NCBI GenBank assembly: GCA_016184305.1 | Contig: JACPCX010000137.1 | Location: 1 to 22,333 of the forward strand | Origin: Candidatus Rokuibacteriota bacterium | GTDB lineage: Bacteria > Methylomirabilota > Methylomirabilia > Rokubacteriales > CSP1-6 | Direction of reading: 5' to 3' | Length of the DNA stretch: 22,333 bases | Shown here: positions 1-10,034 of the stretch, piece by piece | Numbering within the stretch: the first letter of the stretch is position 1 | Layout of the letters: every line of letters begins with the position of its first letter | The notes under the pieces: generated by a model | The model's input: only the letters and a program-made list of their open reading frames with translations | Told to the model about the DNA's origin: nothing | Database searches by the model: none | Program-made: the position numbers and the translations under genes

Positions 1-828
1 GGCGGGATCTACGCCCTGATGGCCTGCGGCCTCAACCTCATCTTCGGCGTCATGCGGGTCATCAACTTCGCCCACGGCGAGTTCCTGGCGTTCGGCGCCC
101 TCCTGGGCGTGAGCCTCGTCATCGGCCACGGGGTGCCCTTCCTGGTGGCCCTGGTGCTGGTCGCGGCGGCCATGGGCGTCTTCGGCTACCTCCTCCAGGC
201 GGCGCTCATCGAGCGGGTGGTGGACGGCCCGCCCATCATGTCGCTTCTGCTCACCTACAGCGTGTCCACCATCCTGGTGAACGCCGGCATCCTGATCTGG
301 GGCGGCGGCTACCGGGGGATGCCCGGCGTCTTCTCGGGCTCGGTGCCCGTGCTGGGGATGAACCTGTCCCAGGCGCGGCTCGTGGCCTTCGCCATCGCGC
401 TGGGGCTGACGGGGCTGGTGTACGGGTTCCTCGCGCGGAGCATGCTCGGCAAGGCGATCCGCGCGGTGAGCGAGCTTCCCGAGATCGCCACCGTGTCCGG
501 CATCGCGGCGGCGCGCATCCGCTACCTCACCTTCGGGCTCGGCGGGATGATGGCGGGCGCGGCCGGGGTGCTCATGGCGCCCATGTTCGCCTCCGACCCC
601 CAGATGGGCGCGCGGTTCGTCATCAAGGCCTTCACCGTCATCATCGTCGGGGGCATGGGCAGCTACGCCGGCGCCCTCGTGGGGGCCCTCCTGATCGGGA
701 TCGTGGAGGTGACGGGCGGCTACGTGCTTGGCCAGACCTTCGGCACGGCCATCCTCTACGTGCTCATGATCGGTTTCCTCCTCTTCAAGCCGTCGGGGCT
801 CTTCGGGTTGCGGGTGGTGGCGCGATGA
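1..828 (+). CDS. livH: Branched-chain amino acid (LIV/HAAT) ABC transporter permease, LivH-like; 5' end truncated by the window edge
   Basis: Frame is open from base 1 (GGIYALMACGLNLIFGVMRVINFAHGEF). LivH motifs INFAHGE, GKAIRAV and IIVGGMGS; hydrophobic throughout. Confidence 0.93.
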   Translation, partial: GGIYALMACGLNLIFGVMRVINFAHGEFLAFGALLGVSLVIGHGVPFLVALVLVAAAMGVFGYLLQAALIERVVDGPPIMSLLLTYSVSTILVNAGILIWGGGYRGMPGVFSGSVPVLGMNLSQARLVAFAIALGLTGLVYGFLARSMLGKAIRAVSELPEIATVSGIAAARIRYLTFGLGGMMAGAAGVLMAPMFASDPQMGARFVIKAFTVIIVGGMGSYAGALVGALLIGIVEVTGGYVLGQTFGTAILYVLMIGFLLFKPSGLFGLRVVAR

Positions 829-1787
829 CGGCCTGGATCCTGGGCGGCGCGCTGGTGGCGGCGGCAGCGGTGCTGCCGCTCGTGACGGCGTCGTATCTCG
901 TCTCGTTCACCATACAGCTCTTCCTCTTCGTGGTCCTCGCCTACTCCTGGAACGTGATCAGCGGCTACACGGGCTACACGTCCTTCGGGCACACGAGCTT
1001 CTTCGGCATCGGCGCCTACGGGGCGACGCTCATGATGCTCCACTGGAAGCTCCCCTGGCTCCTGGCCTGCGCGGGCGGCGGGTTGCTGGCCGTGGCCGTG
1101 GCCCTGCCGCTGGGCGTGGTGATGCTCCGGCTGCGCGGCTCCTTCTTCGCCATCGGCATGTTCGGTCTGGCGCGCGTGTTCGAGGCGGTGGCCTTCGGGT
1201 GGGCCGACCTCACCCGGGGCGGCACCGGCCTCTATCTCCCGCCGGCCTACGACCTCAGGCCGCTCTACTACGCGCTCGGGGTGCTCGCGCTCGGGATGGT
1301 GCTCCTGACCTGGCGGCTCGACAACTCGCGCTTCGGGCTCCAGCTGCTGGCCATCCGCGAGGACGAGGACGGGGCGGAGGCGCTCGGCATCAAGACCACG
1401 CGCCTCAAGGTGCGGGCCTTCGTGCTCTCGGCCGTCGGCCCGGGCGTCTCGGGCGGGTTCTACGCGGTGTACCTGTCCTTCATCGACCCGCCCACGGCGT
1501 TCTCGCCGGCGACGGAGCTCACCACCATCGCCATGGTCCTCTTCGGCGGCATGGGCACGGTCCTGGGGCCCCTGGTGGGCGCGGCGGTGCTGTCGGTGCT
1601 CTACGAGGGGCTCTGGGCGCGCTTCCCGCAAATCTACCTGGGCGCGGGGGGCGTCATCATCGCGGCCGTGGTGCTGCTGATGCCGCGGGGCGTGATGGCC
1701 GTCGCCATGAGGCGTGGCTGGCTACCGCACGGCCGCGGCACCCTGCGGCGGCTGGCGGCGCGCCCGGCGGCGCCGGCGGAGGCCTGA
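825..1787 (+). CDS. livM: LIV-type ABC transporter permease, LivM-like
   Basis: WNVISGYTGYTSFGH, LRLRGSFFAI, AIREDEDGAEALGI and FGGMGTVLGP motifs; ATGA overlap with the upstream gene. Confidence 0.93.
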   Translation: MTAWILGGALVAAAAVLPLVTASYLVSFTIQLFLFVVLAYSWNVISGYTGYTSFGHTSFFGIGAYGATLMMLHWKLPWLLACAGGGLLAVAVALPLGVVMLRLRGSFFAIGMFGLARVFEAVAFGWADLTRGGTGLYLPPAYDLRPLYYALGVLALGMVLLTWRLDNSRFGLQLLAIREDEDGAEALGIKTTRLKVRAFVLSAVGPGVSGGFYAVYLSFIDPPTAFSPATELTTIAMVLFGGMGTVLGPLVGAAVLSVLYEGLWARFPQIYLGAGGVIIAAVVLLMPRGVMAVAMRRGWLPHGRGTLRRLAARPAAPAEA

Positions 1788-1788
1788 G

Positions 1789-2496
1789 GTGGGCGCGCGC
1801 CCGCTGCTGCTGGTGGACGGCGTCGTGAAGCGGTTCGGCGGCGTCATGGCCCTCAACGGCGCCTCCTGCGCCGTGACCGAGGGGAGCGTCACGGGGCTCA
1901 TCGGGCCCAACGGCTCGGGCAAGTCCACGCTGTTCGCCTGCATCGCGGGGGTGGAGCGCCCTGACGAGGGGCGCATCACCTTCCAGGGCGAGCGGCTCGA
2001 CGAGCGGACGCCGTCCGAGATCTGCGAGATGGGGCTCGCGCGGACGTTCCAGGTCACGCGGCTGTTCCGCGAGATGACGGTGCTGGAGAACCTGGTGGCG
2101 GTGGCCCATGGGCGCTCGGACGCGGCGGCCGTGCGGCGCGCCCAGGAGCTGCTGGAGATGGTGGAGATCCGCCGGCTCGAGCATGCGCTGGCGGGAACCC
2201 TGTCCTATGGCCAGCGCAAGCTGGTGGAGATCGCGCGCGCCCTCATGTTCGCGCCCAAGCTGCTCCTGCTGGACGAGCCCTTCGCCGGCATCAACCCGCG
2301 CCTGCAGAACCGCATCCTGGGGTATCTCAAGGCGCTCCACGAGGGCGGGGTGACGCTGTTCCTCATCGATCACGAGATGCGCATCCTGCTGGACGTCTGC
2401 GAGACCGTCCTCGCCATCGACGCCGGCGAGGTGATCGCCTCGGGCCCCCCCGAGGAGATCCGCCGGAACCCGCGCGTCCTGGCCGCGTACTTCTAG
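1789..2496 (+). CDS. livG: LIV-type ABC transporter ATP-binding protein, LivG-like
   Basis: Walker A GPNGSGKST, ARTFQ, signature LSYGQ, Walker B LLLLDEP, H-loop IDH. GTG start at 1789 chosen because it follows the livM stop; the upstream ORF extension overlaps livM. Confidence 0.92.
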   Translation: MGARPLLLVDGVVKRFGGVMALNGASCAVTEGSVTGLIGPNGSGKSTLFACIAGVERPDEGRITFQGERLDERTPSEICEMGLARTFQVTRLFREMTVLENLVAVAHGRSDAAAVRRAQELLEMVEIRRLEHALAGTLSYGQRKLVEIARALMFAPKLLLLDEPFAGINPRLQNRILGYLKALHEGGVTLFLIDHEMRILLDVCETVLAIDAGEVIASGPPEEIRRNPRVLAAYF

Positions 2497-2519
2497 CAGG
2501 CTGCGGAGGAGAGCACGAC

Positions 2520-3476
2520 ATGCTGACGCTGCCGAAGCGGGCGACCGTGGTGGAGGTGGGGCCGCGGGACGGCCTGCAGAGCCTCGACCAGGCGATCCCC
2601 ACCGACAAGAAGGTGGCCATGATCGACAGGCTGAGCGAGGCCGGCTTCCCGGTCATCGAGGCGACGGGGTTCGCCCACCCGCGGGTGATCCCGAACCTGG
2701 CCGATGCCGAGCAGGTGATGGCGCGGATCCAGCGCCGGCCCGGCACCGTGTACCGCGCGCTCGTGCCCAACGCCAAGGGGGCGGCGCGGGCGGCCGGCGC
2801 CAGGGTGGACGAGATGCTGGGGCTCCTCACGGTGAGCGAGACCTACTGCCGCAAGAACCAGAACATGTCCGTCGACGAGGCGGTGGAGCAGGCGCGGATG
2901 GCCTTCGAGATCGCCGAGCGCGCCGGCATCCGGTTCGTCATGGCCATGGGCATGTCCTTCTTCTGCCCCTACGAGGGCCGCATCCCGGAGGCGCGGACCC
3001 TCGAGGTCTTCGGCAAGCTCCACGAGCGCGGGATCCGGCGAGTCTACCTGGCGGGCAGCCTCGGCATGGAAGACCCGCGCCACGTCAACACGGTGTTCCA
3101 CAGGATTCGCGACCGCTGGGCGGACGTGGAGGTGGGCTTCCACGTCCACAACGTGGCGGGCTTCGGCGCGGCCAATATCGTGGCGGCGCTGGACGGCGGG
3201 GCCAGCAGCATCGAGGGCTCCATCTGCGGCATCGGCGGCGGCATCGCCATGCCCACGAGCATGGGCTCCGTGGGCAACCTCGCGACGGAGGACATCGTGC
3301 ACCTGCTGAACGAGATGGGGGTGGAGACAGGGATCGACACGGCGGAGGCGGCGCGCGCCGCCTGGGACGTGAGCCGGCTGCTCGGCATCGAGCCCGCCTC
3401 GCATGTGACGCGGAGCGGGACGCGGGAGGCGGTCCTCGAGGGGGGGCGGGCAAATCCCATGCAGGACGCACACTAG
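2520..3476 (+). CDS. HMG-CoA lyase family (DRE-TIM metallolyase) protein with a divergent active site
   Basis: VEVGPRDGLQ, IEATGF, FCPYEG, HVH metal motif and GNLATED; RBS GGAGGAG upstream. Confidence 0.9.
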   Translation: MLTLPKRATVVEVGPRDGLQSLDQAIPTDKKVAMIDRLSEAGFPVIEATGFAHPRVIPNLADAEQVMARIQRRPGTVYRALVPNAKGAARAAGARVDEMLGLLTVSETYCRKNQNMSVDEAVEQARMAFEIAERAGIRFVMAMGMSFFCPYEGRIPEARTLEVFGKLHERGIRRVYLAGSLGMEDPRHVNTVFHRIRDRWADVEVGFHVHNVAGFGAANIVAALDGGASSIEGSICGIGGGIAMPTSMGSVGNLATEDIVHLLNEMGVETGIDTAEAARAAWDVSRLLGIEPASHVTRSGTREAVLEGGRANPMQDAH

Positions 3477-3496
3477 GCGCGGGTTGGAGACGGGTC

Positions 3497-3533
3497 GGGA
3501 CGCAGGGGACGCAGGGAACAGGCCGCAACGGCC
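3497..3533. repeat. Intergenic 9-nt tandem repeat (GGGACGCAG x2) followed by a small hairpin GGCCG-CAA-CGGCC
   Basis: Read directly: units at 3497-3505 and 3506-3514, hairpin at 3521-3533. Confidence 0.6.
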
Positions 3534-3546
3534 GACAGGAGGACAT

Positions 3547-4775
3547 ATGCGCATGCTCAGGCGGATGGTTCTGACCGAAGGATCCGGGTGGGGCGCCGTG
3601 AAGACGCGGGCCATGCTGGCCGTGGCCCTGGTGGCGGCGCTGGTCGTGGCGGGCGGGCTCCTGCCCGCGGCCGCGCAGAAGCCCGTCACCATCGGGGCGC
3701 CGCTGGCGCTCTCGGGCAACCTCGCCGACTCGGCGGCCCACGTCAAGCGCGGCTACGACCTCTGGCTCGAGGAGGTCAGCGCGCGCGGCGGCCTCCTCGG
3801 CCGGCCCGTGCAGTTCCAGGTCTATGACGACCGGAGCGACGCGGCCACGGCGGCGCGGCTCACGGAGCGGCTGATCACAAGCGACAAGGTGGACCTCCTG
3901 CTCGCGCCCTTCGGGTCGGCGGGGACGTCCACGGCCAGCGCCGTCAGCGAGAAGCACCGGATGGTGATGGTCAACATAGCCGGCGCCTCCGAGTCCATCC
4001 ACCAGCGCGGCTTCAAGTACATCTTCCAGGTGGTGACGCCGGTGGCCTACTACGTGGAGGGCACGTTCCCGCTGGCCGTCAAGGCCGGATACAAGAGCCT
4101 GGTGCTCGTGGCGCGTGACTATGCGGCCGCGCGCGACATGGAGAAGGCCATCAAGATCTGGGCGCCGCAGAACGGCATCGAGATCAAGATGATCGAGTAC
4201 TTCCCGGCGGCCACGACGGACTTCTCGTCCTACATCGCCCGGGCGCGCGACCTGCAGCCGGACATCTGGGTCTCCGTGGGCTACCCGCCCGAGGCCATCG
4301 AGATGATCCGCCAGATGAAGGCCACCAACTACCTGCCCAAGCTGTTCGTGCACAACGGCGTCTCCCAGGAGGACTTCCTCAAGGCCACGGGCCAGGACGC
4401 CGAGTACGCGTTCGGGATGTCGCTCTACGAGCCGAGCCTGCCCACCAAGGGCAACGCCGACTTCGTGAAGCGGTTCAAGGCCAAGTACAACTACGAGCCG
4501 GGCTACTACGCCGCGCTGGGCTACGCGGGTTGCCTGATCCTCGAGGAGGCCGTCAAGAAGACGGGGAGCCTCGACCAGGACAAGCTGGCGGCCACGCTGC
4601 GGTCGCTCCAGACGGAGACGGCCTTCGGGCCATACGCGGTGAGCGAGACGGGGGCCCAGACGGCGAAGAAGGGGCTCATCGTCCAGGTGCTCAAGGGCCA
4701 CCGCCAGATCGTGTGGCCGTTCACCCAGAAGACGGCCGACGCGGTGCTGCCGATGCCGGCCTGGAACAAGCGCTA

Positions 4776-4776
<1 letters not shown>
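3547..4776 (+). CDS. ABC transporter substrate-binding protein, LivK/LivJ-like (type 1 periplasmic binding fold)
   Basis: AGGAGG RBS at 3537-3542 before ATG 3547; signal peptide ending PAAA-QK; TIGAPLALSG, GGLLGRPV, YDDRSD and DKVDLLLAPFGS motifs. Alternative start GTG 3598. Confidence 0.9.
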
Positions 4777-5535
<759 letters not shown>

Positions 5536-5543
<8 letters not shown>

Positions 5544-6683
5544 GTCGCGGGGCGCCCTCGACGGGCTCACGGTGCTCGACCTCGCCACGCTCGCCGCGGG
5601 GCCCTGGGTGGCGACGTTCCTGGCGGAATTCGGCGCCGACGTCATCAAGGTGGAGCAGCCCGGCGGCGGTGACGGCATGCGCCGGTTCGGACCCCAGAAG
5701 GACGGCGTCGGGCTCATGTGGCGCTCCACGTCGCGCAACAAGCGGTGCGTGACGCTCAACTTCCGGGTACCCGAGGGGCAGGACCTGCTCCGCCGGCTCG
5801 CGGCCCGGGCCGACGTGGTGATCGAGAACTTCAGGCCCGGCACGCTGGCCGGCTGGGGGATCGGCTACGAACACCTCCGGGCCGTGAACCGCGGGCTCGT
5901 GATGCTCCACGTCACGGGGTTCGGCCAGACGGGGCCCTACGCGCCGCGCCCGGGCTTCGGCACGCTCGCCGAGGCCATGAGCGGATTCGCCCACGTGACG
6001 GGCCCGCCGGACGCGGCGCCCACGCTGCCGCCGCTGGCCCTGGCCGACGGCATCGCGGCGGCCTTCGGCACCTATGCCGTGATGATCGCGCTCTACCACC
6101 GGGACCGCCACGGCGGTACGACCAGCTCGGCACGGTGCGCGGCCGCACGGGCAACCGCATCGCCGACTCGGCGCCGCGCAACACCTACAGGACCGCCGAC
6201 GGGCACTGGGTGGCGCTGTCGGGCAGCGCCCAGTCCATCGCCGAGCGGATCCTGGAGGCGGTGGAGCGCCCCGAGCTGATCCACGATCCGCGCTTCGCGG
6301 ACAATGCCGCGCGGGTGCGGCACATGGACGAGCTGGACGAGGTGATCGGCGGCTGGATCGGCCGCCACGCGCTCGCGGAGGTCGTCACGCGCTTCGAGGA
6401 GTGCGAGGCGGCGCTGGGTCCCGTCTACGATGCGTCCCAGATCTTCGCCGACTCGCATTTCCGGGCGCGCGAGAGCCTCGTGGCGGTCCCCGACCCCGTG
6501 CTCGGCGCTCTCACGCTCTGCAACGTGGTGCCGCGGCTGTCGGCGACGCCGGGCGCGATCGCCTGGCTCGGCCCCGCGCTCGGAGTCCACAACGAGGAGA
6601 TCTATTGCGGCCGGCTGGGCCTGAGCCGTGAGGACCTGGCGGCGCTCGGGCAGGCGGCGCTCGGGCAGCAGGGAGTGATCTGA
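5536..6683 (+). pseudogene. Class III CoA-transferase (CaiB/BaiF family), frameshifted by an internal deletion at 6116/6117
   Basis: N-half has GPW, GADVIKVE, RNKRCVTLN, ADVVIENFRPG, TGFGQTGPY and LADGIA. C-half (YDQLG..TGNR..APRNTYRTADG..PALGVHNEEI) continues in another frame from 6117. The conserved GQxID segment is absent. Confidence 0.85.
6638..6667 (+). repeat. Exact 15-nt tandem duplication (GGCGGCGCTCGGGCA x2; AALGQ AALGQ)
   Basis: Read directly: 6638-6652 is identical to 6653-6667. Confidence 0.9.
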
Positions 6684-6699
6684 TCATGCGCGTCTCCAG

Positions 6700-6722
6700 C
6701 GCGTCGCCGAGACGGTGACGCG
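6700..6722 (+). terminator. GC-rich stem-loop after the CoA-transferase stop; possible terminator or stabiliser (no U-tract)
   Basis: CGCGTCGCCG-AGA-CGGTGACGCG, a 10-bp stem with one G-U pair. Confidence 0.4.
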
Positions 6723-6781
6723 GATGGGACTGGCCCGCGCCAGCTCTCGCTCGGCTGGGAGCCGGCGGGGCTGAGCGTGCC

Positions 6782-6810
6782 TTGACGGACTCCGCCCGGT
6801 GTCGTAGTCT
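6782..6810 (+). promoter_or_regulatory. Sigma70-type promoter for operon B
   Basis: -35 TTGACG (6782-6787), 17-nt spacer, -10 TAGTCT (6805-6810); the ATG lies 10 nt further on. Confidence 0.7.
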
Positions 6811-6820
6811 TGCCGAATCC

Positions 6821-7573
6821 ATGAGGCTGGCCGAGAAGGTAGCGCTCGTCACGGGCGGGAGTCGGGGGATGGGTCGCGCCATAGCGCTGGGGTTCGCGCG
6901 GGAAGGCGCCGACGTGGCCGTCAACTACCGGACCCACGAGGGTGAAGCCCTGTCGGCCGTGAAGGAGATCCAGGCGCTGGGCCGGCGCGCCATCGCGGTC
7001 AAGGCGGACGTGGGCCGCGGCGGCGAGGTTGCCGCGATGGTGGACCGTGTCATCCAGGCGCTGGGCCGGATCGACATCCTCGTGAACAACGCGGGGATCA
7101 TGAAGCGCACGCCCTTGCTCGAGATCAGCGAGGCCGAGTGGGATGCGATCCTCGACACCAACCTCAAGGGCTGCTTCCTGGTCACCCAGGCGGTAGCCCG
7201 GGAGATGGTGAAGCGCCGGAGCGGCGTCATCATCAACATGTCCTCCATCGGCCAGCAGGTCGCCGCCCGCAACATGACCCACTACAACACCTCGAAGGGC
7301 GGGATTGCCCAGCTCACCCGCCAGGCGGCGCTGGAGCTGGTGGACCACGGGATCCGGGTGAACGCCCTCTGCCCGGGCTTGATCGAGACCGACATGAATC
7401 GCCAGGACATCGCGCAGGAAGAGTTCCGCGCCACGCGCCTGGCCGGCATCCCGATGAAGGTCATCGGAACCCCTGAGGACATGGTGGGGCCGGCCCTCTT
7501 CCTCGCCTCGGACGAGTCGCGGCTGGTGACCGGGACGCATCTCTTCGTGGATGCCGGCCTCACGATGATCTAG
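6821..7573 (+). CDS. Classical short-chain dehydrogenase/reductase (FabG/glucose 1-dehydrogenase-like)
   Basis: TGGSRGMG, VNNAG, NMSS, catalytic YNTSK and IRVNALCPG. ATG 6821 preferred, since the TTG at 6782 is part of the -35 box. Confidence 0.95.
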   Translation: MRLAEKVALVTGGSRGMGRAIALGFAREGADVAVNYRTHEGEALSAVKEIQALGRRAIAVKADVGRGGEVAAMVDRVIQALGRIDILVNNAGIMKRTPLLEISEAEWDAILDTNLKGCFLVTQAVAREMVKRRSGVIINMSSIGQQVAARNMTHYNTSKGGIAQLTRQAALELVDHGIRVNALCPGLIETDMNRQDIAQEEFRATRLAGIPMKVIGTPEDMVGPALFLASDESRLVTGTHLFVDAGLTMI

Positions 7574-7584
7574 GGGGGACCCGC

Positions 7585-9009
7585 ATGAAGGTTCCGTACT
7601 ACTACACGTCGCTGGACTGGAAGGCGCTGGTCCGCGAGTACCCGCCCTCCAAGGATTTCGCCGAGACCGTCTTCCGCTATGACCGGAAGAAGATCGCGCA
7701 GGTGCAGAATCGCCGCTTCCTGGAGATCGTGGAGTACGCCTGGCGCAACCCGTTCTACCGCCGGCGCTGGCAGGCCCATGGGCTCAGGAAGGGTGACATC
7801 AAGTCCGCCAAGGACATCGTGAAGCTTCCGATGGTGACGGTGGAGGACTTCAAGGAGGGGATCAAGGCCAAGCCCCCCTTCGGCGAGCACCAGGGGCTCG
7901 GGACGCGCGACGGGGTCCGGACCCCGATCAAGATCCAGTCGAGCGGCGGGACCACGGGGATGCCCCGGCCGACGCTCTTCACGCCCTGGGAATGGGAGAT
8001 CCAGGGCATCCAGGGGTCGCGAGCGCTGTGGATCCAGGGCGCCCGCCCCGGCGACGTGATGCAGATCCCGGCCACCCTGTACACGGCGAATCTCGGGTGG
8101 TTCTTTTACCTGAGCTGTTTCCACTGGTCCGGCGTGCTCCCGGTCACAACCGGAAGCGGCAACGTGACCCCGAGCCGGCGCCAACTCGAAGTCGCGTTCG
8201 AGTGGGGCACGAACCTGTGGGCGGCGTTTCCCGAGTACCTGATGCACCTGGCCTCGGTGGCCGGGCAGGAAGGGTTCGACCTCAAGAAGCTCAAGACCAA
8301 GTTCATCGCCGCCTTCCTCGGCCCTGATCTCGACGGCTCCCTCCGGAAGCTGATGGAGGGGACCTGGCACTGCCCCGTGTACGACAACTACGGAACCCAC
8401 GAGGTGGGCCTTCCCGCCTTCGAGTGCCGCGAGCAGGACGGGCTCCACATGATGGAGGACATGTTCATCGTCGAGGTCGCCGACGTGGATACCGACGAGA
8501 TCCTGCCGGCCGGCGAGAAAGGGAACCTGGTCATGACGAGCCTCTATCGTCATCACCCGCCGCTCATTCGCTACAACCTCCGGGACTATATCCGGCTCGT
8601 GAGCGACGGCACCCGGCGCTGCGGCTGCGGCTCGCACTTCCAGAAGATGGATCACTTCCTCGGGCGGAGCGACGACATGGTGAAGCTCCGCGGGACCAAC
8701 GTCTTCCCCATGGCGTGCCTGGGGGCCGTGACCGGGGACGACCGGACCACCGGCGAGTGGCTCTGCGTGGTGGAGCGGAAGGAGTCCGGCCTCGATATCC
8801 GGGACGAGATGACGGTCAACGTCGAGGTGAAGGAGGGCGCCGCCGATCGCGAGGGTCTCAAGGCCAAGCTGGAGGACCGGCTCAAGTCCGACCTCGGCGT
8901 CAAGGTGACGGTGGAGCTGGTTCCCGCCGCGAGCCTGGCCGCCTACACCTACGGCCGCGAGGGGAAAGCCAAGCGGCTTGTCGACCGACGCTTCGGGAAG
9001 AACGCATGA
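7585..9009 (+). CDS. Phenylacetate-CoA ligase (PaaK) family adenylate-forming enzyme
   Basis: P-loop SSGGTTGMP, YDNYGTHE, LIRYNLRD, CGCG and GRSDDMVKLRGTNVFP; C-terminal KAKRLVDRR. Confidence 0.88.
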   Translation: MKVPYYYTSLDWKALVREYPPSKDFAETVFRYDRKKIAQVQNRRFLEIVEYAWRNPFYRRRWQAHGLRKGDIKSAKDIVKLPMVTVEDFKEGIKAKPPFGEHQGLGTRDGVRTPIKIQSSGGTTGMPRPTLFTPWEWEIQGIQGSRALWIQGARPGDVMQIPATLYTANLGWFFYLSCFHWSGVLPVTTGSGNVTPSRRQLEVAFEWGTNLWAAFPEYLMHLASVAGQEGFDLKKLKTKFIAAFLGPDLDGSLRKLMEGTWHCPVYDNYGTHEVGLPAFECREQDGLHMMEDMFIVEVADVDTDEILPAGEKGNLVMTSLYRHHPPLIRYNLRDYIRLVSDGTRRCGCGSHFQKMDHFLGRSDDMVKLRGTNVFPMACLGAVTGDDRTTGEWLCVVERKESGLDIRDEMTVNVEVKEGAADREGLKAKLEDRLKSDLGVKVTVELVPAASLAAYTYGREGKAKRLVDRRFGKNA

Positions 9010-10034
9010 TCAAGTTCGGGGTCATGGCAAACAGCCACCCCGGGTCAGCGGAGGCCCTGTCGCGGCTGGTGGACGAGATGACCGCGGAGGCTCAGCAGGC
9101 GGAGCAATACGGCTTCGACTCGTTCTTCGTGACCGAGCACCACCAGGAGCCCTCCGGGTACCTGCCGTCGCCCCTGCCGCTGCTGGCGGCCCTGGCCGCG
9201 CGCACCTCGACGATCCGCCTCGGCACCGGCATCGCGGTGCTTCCCCTGTACCACCCCGTCAGACTCGCCGAGGACTGCGCCGTCATCGACATCATCTCCA
9301 AGGGGCGCCTGATCCTGGGTGTGGGGCTGGGCTATCAGGAGGTGGACTTCGCCGCCTACGGTCTCCGCGTGAGCGACCGCGTCTCGCTCTTCGAGGAGGG
9401 CATCGAGATCGTCAAGCGGGCCTGGACGGAGGAGAGGCTCTCCTTCGCCGGCAAGCGCTATACGCTCACCGGCATCAGCGTCACCCCCAAGCCGGTGCAG
9501 AAGCCGCGCCCGCCCATCTGGATCGCCGGGGTTGGCGACGAGGCGATGAAGCGCGCCGGGCGGGTGGGGGACGCCCTTCTGGCCGACTCGTTCCAGCTTC
9601 CGGCGCGACTCAAGCGGCGGACGGACCTGTACCGGCAGACGGCGGAGAGCCGCGGCAATCGCGCCCAGGTGGTGCTCTTCCGGGAGGGCTTCGTGGCGAA
9701 GACGCGCGAGGAGGCGGTGCGCGAGTACGAGCAGGCAGTGCTCAGCACCCACCGCTACTACTGGCGCCATGGGTCCTATTACCAGGACATCAAGAAGGAG
9801 GAGGATCTGGATTTCAAGCGGATCGGGCTGGACCGGCTGATCCTGGGGTCGCCCCAGGACTGCGCCGAGCGGATCCGCGCGTGGAACGCGGAGATCGGCG
9901 CCGACTACTTCCTGATCCGCTTCAAGCACCCGGCCGGTCCGCCTCACGCGAAGGTCATGGAGGCGCTCAGGCTTTTCGGCGAGGAGGTTATCCCGAAGTT
10001 CCGCTTCCCCCAGGGGGAACAGGAGGACACATGA
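9006..10034 (+). CDS. LLM-class (luciferase-like) flavin-dependent oxidoreductase
   Basis: AEQYGFDSFFVTEHH, RTSTIRLGTGI, HPVRLAED, GRLILGVGLGY and PKPVQKPRPPIWIAG; ATGA overlap at 9006-9009. Confidence 0.93.
   Translation: MIKFGVMANSHPGSAEALSRLVDEMTAEAQQAEQYGFDSFFVTEHHQEPSGYLPSPLPLLAALAARTSTIRLGTGIAVLPLYHPVRLAEDCAVIDIISKGRLILGVGLGYQEVDFAAYGLRVSDRVSLFEEGIEIVKRAWTEERLSFAGKRYTLTGISVTPKPVQKPRPPIWIAGVGDEAMKRAGRVGDALLADSFQLPARLKRRTDLYRQTAESRGNRAQVVLFREGFVAKTREEAVREYEQAVLSTHRYYWRHGSYYQDIKKEEDLDFKRIGLDRLILGSPQDCAERIRAWNAEIGADYFLIRFKHPAGPPHAKVMEALRLFGEEVIPKFRFPQGEQEDT

Noticed and set aside
6100..6135. Programmed ribosomal frameshift in the CoA-transferase
   Set aside because: There is no slippery heptamer or homopolymer, and a conserved segment is missing altogether.
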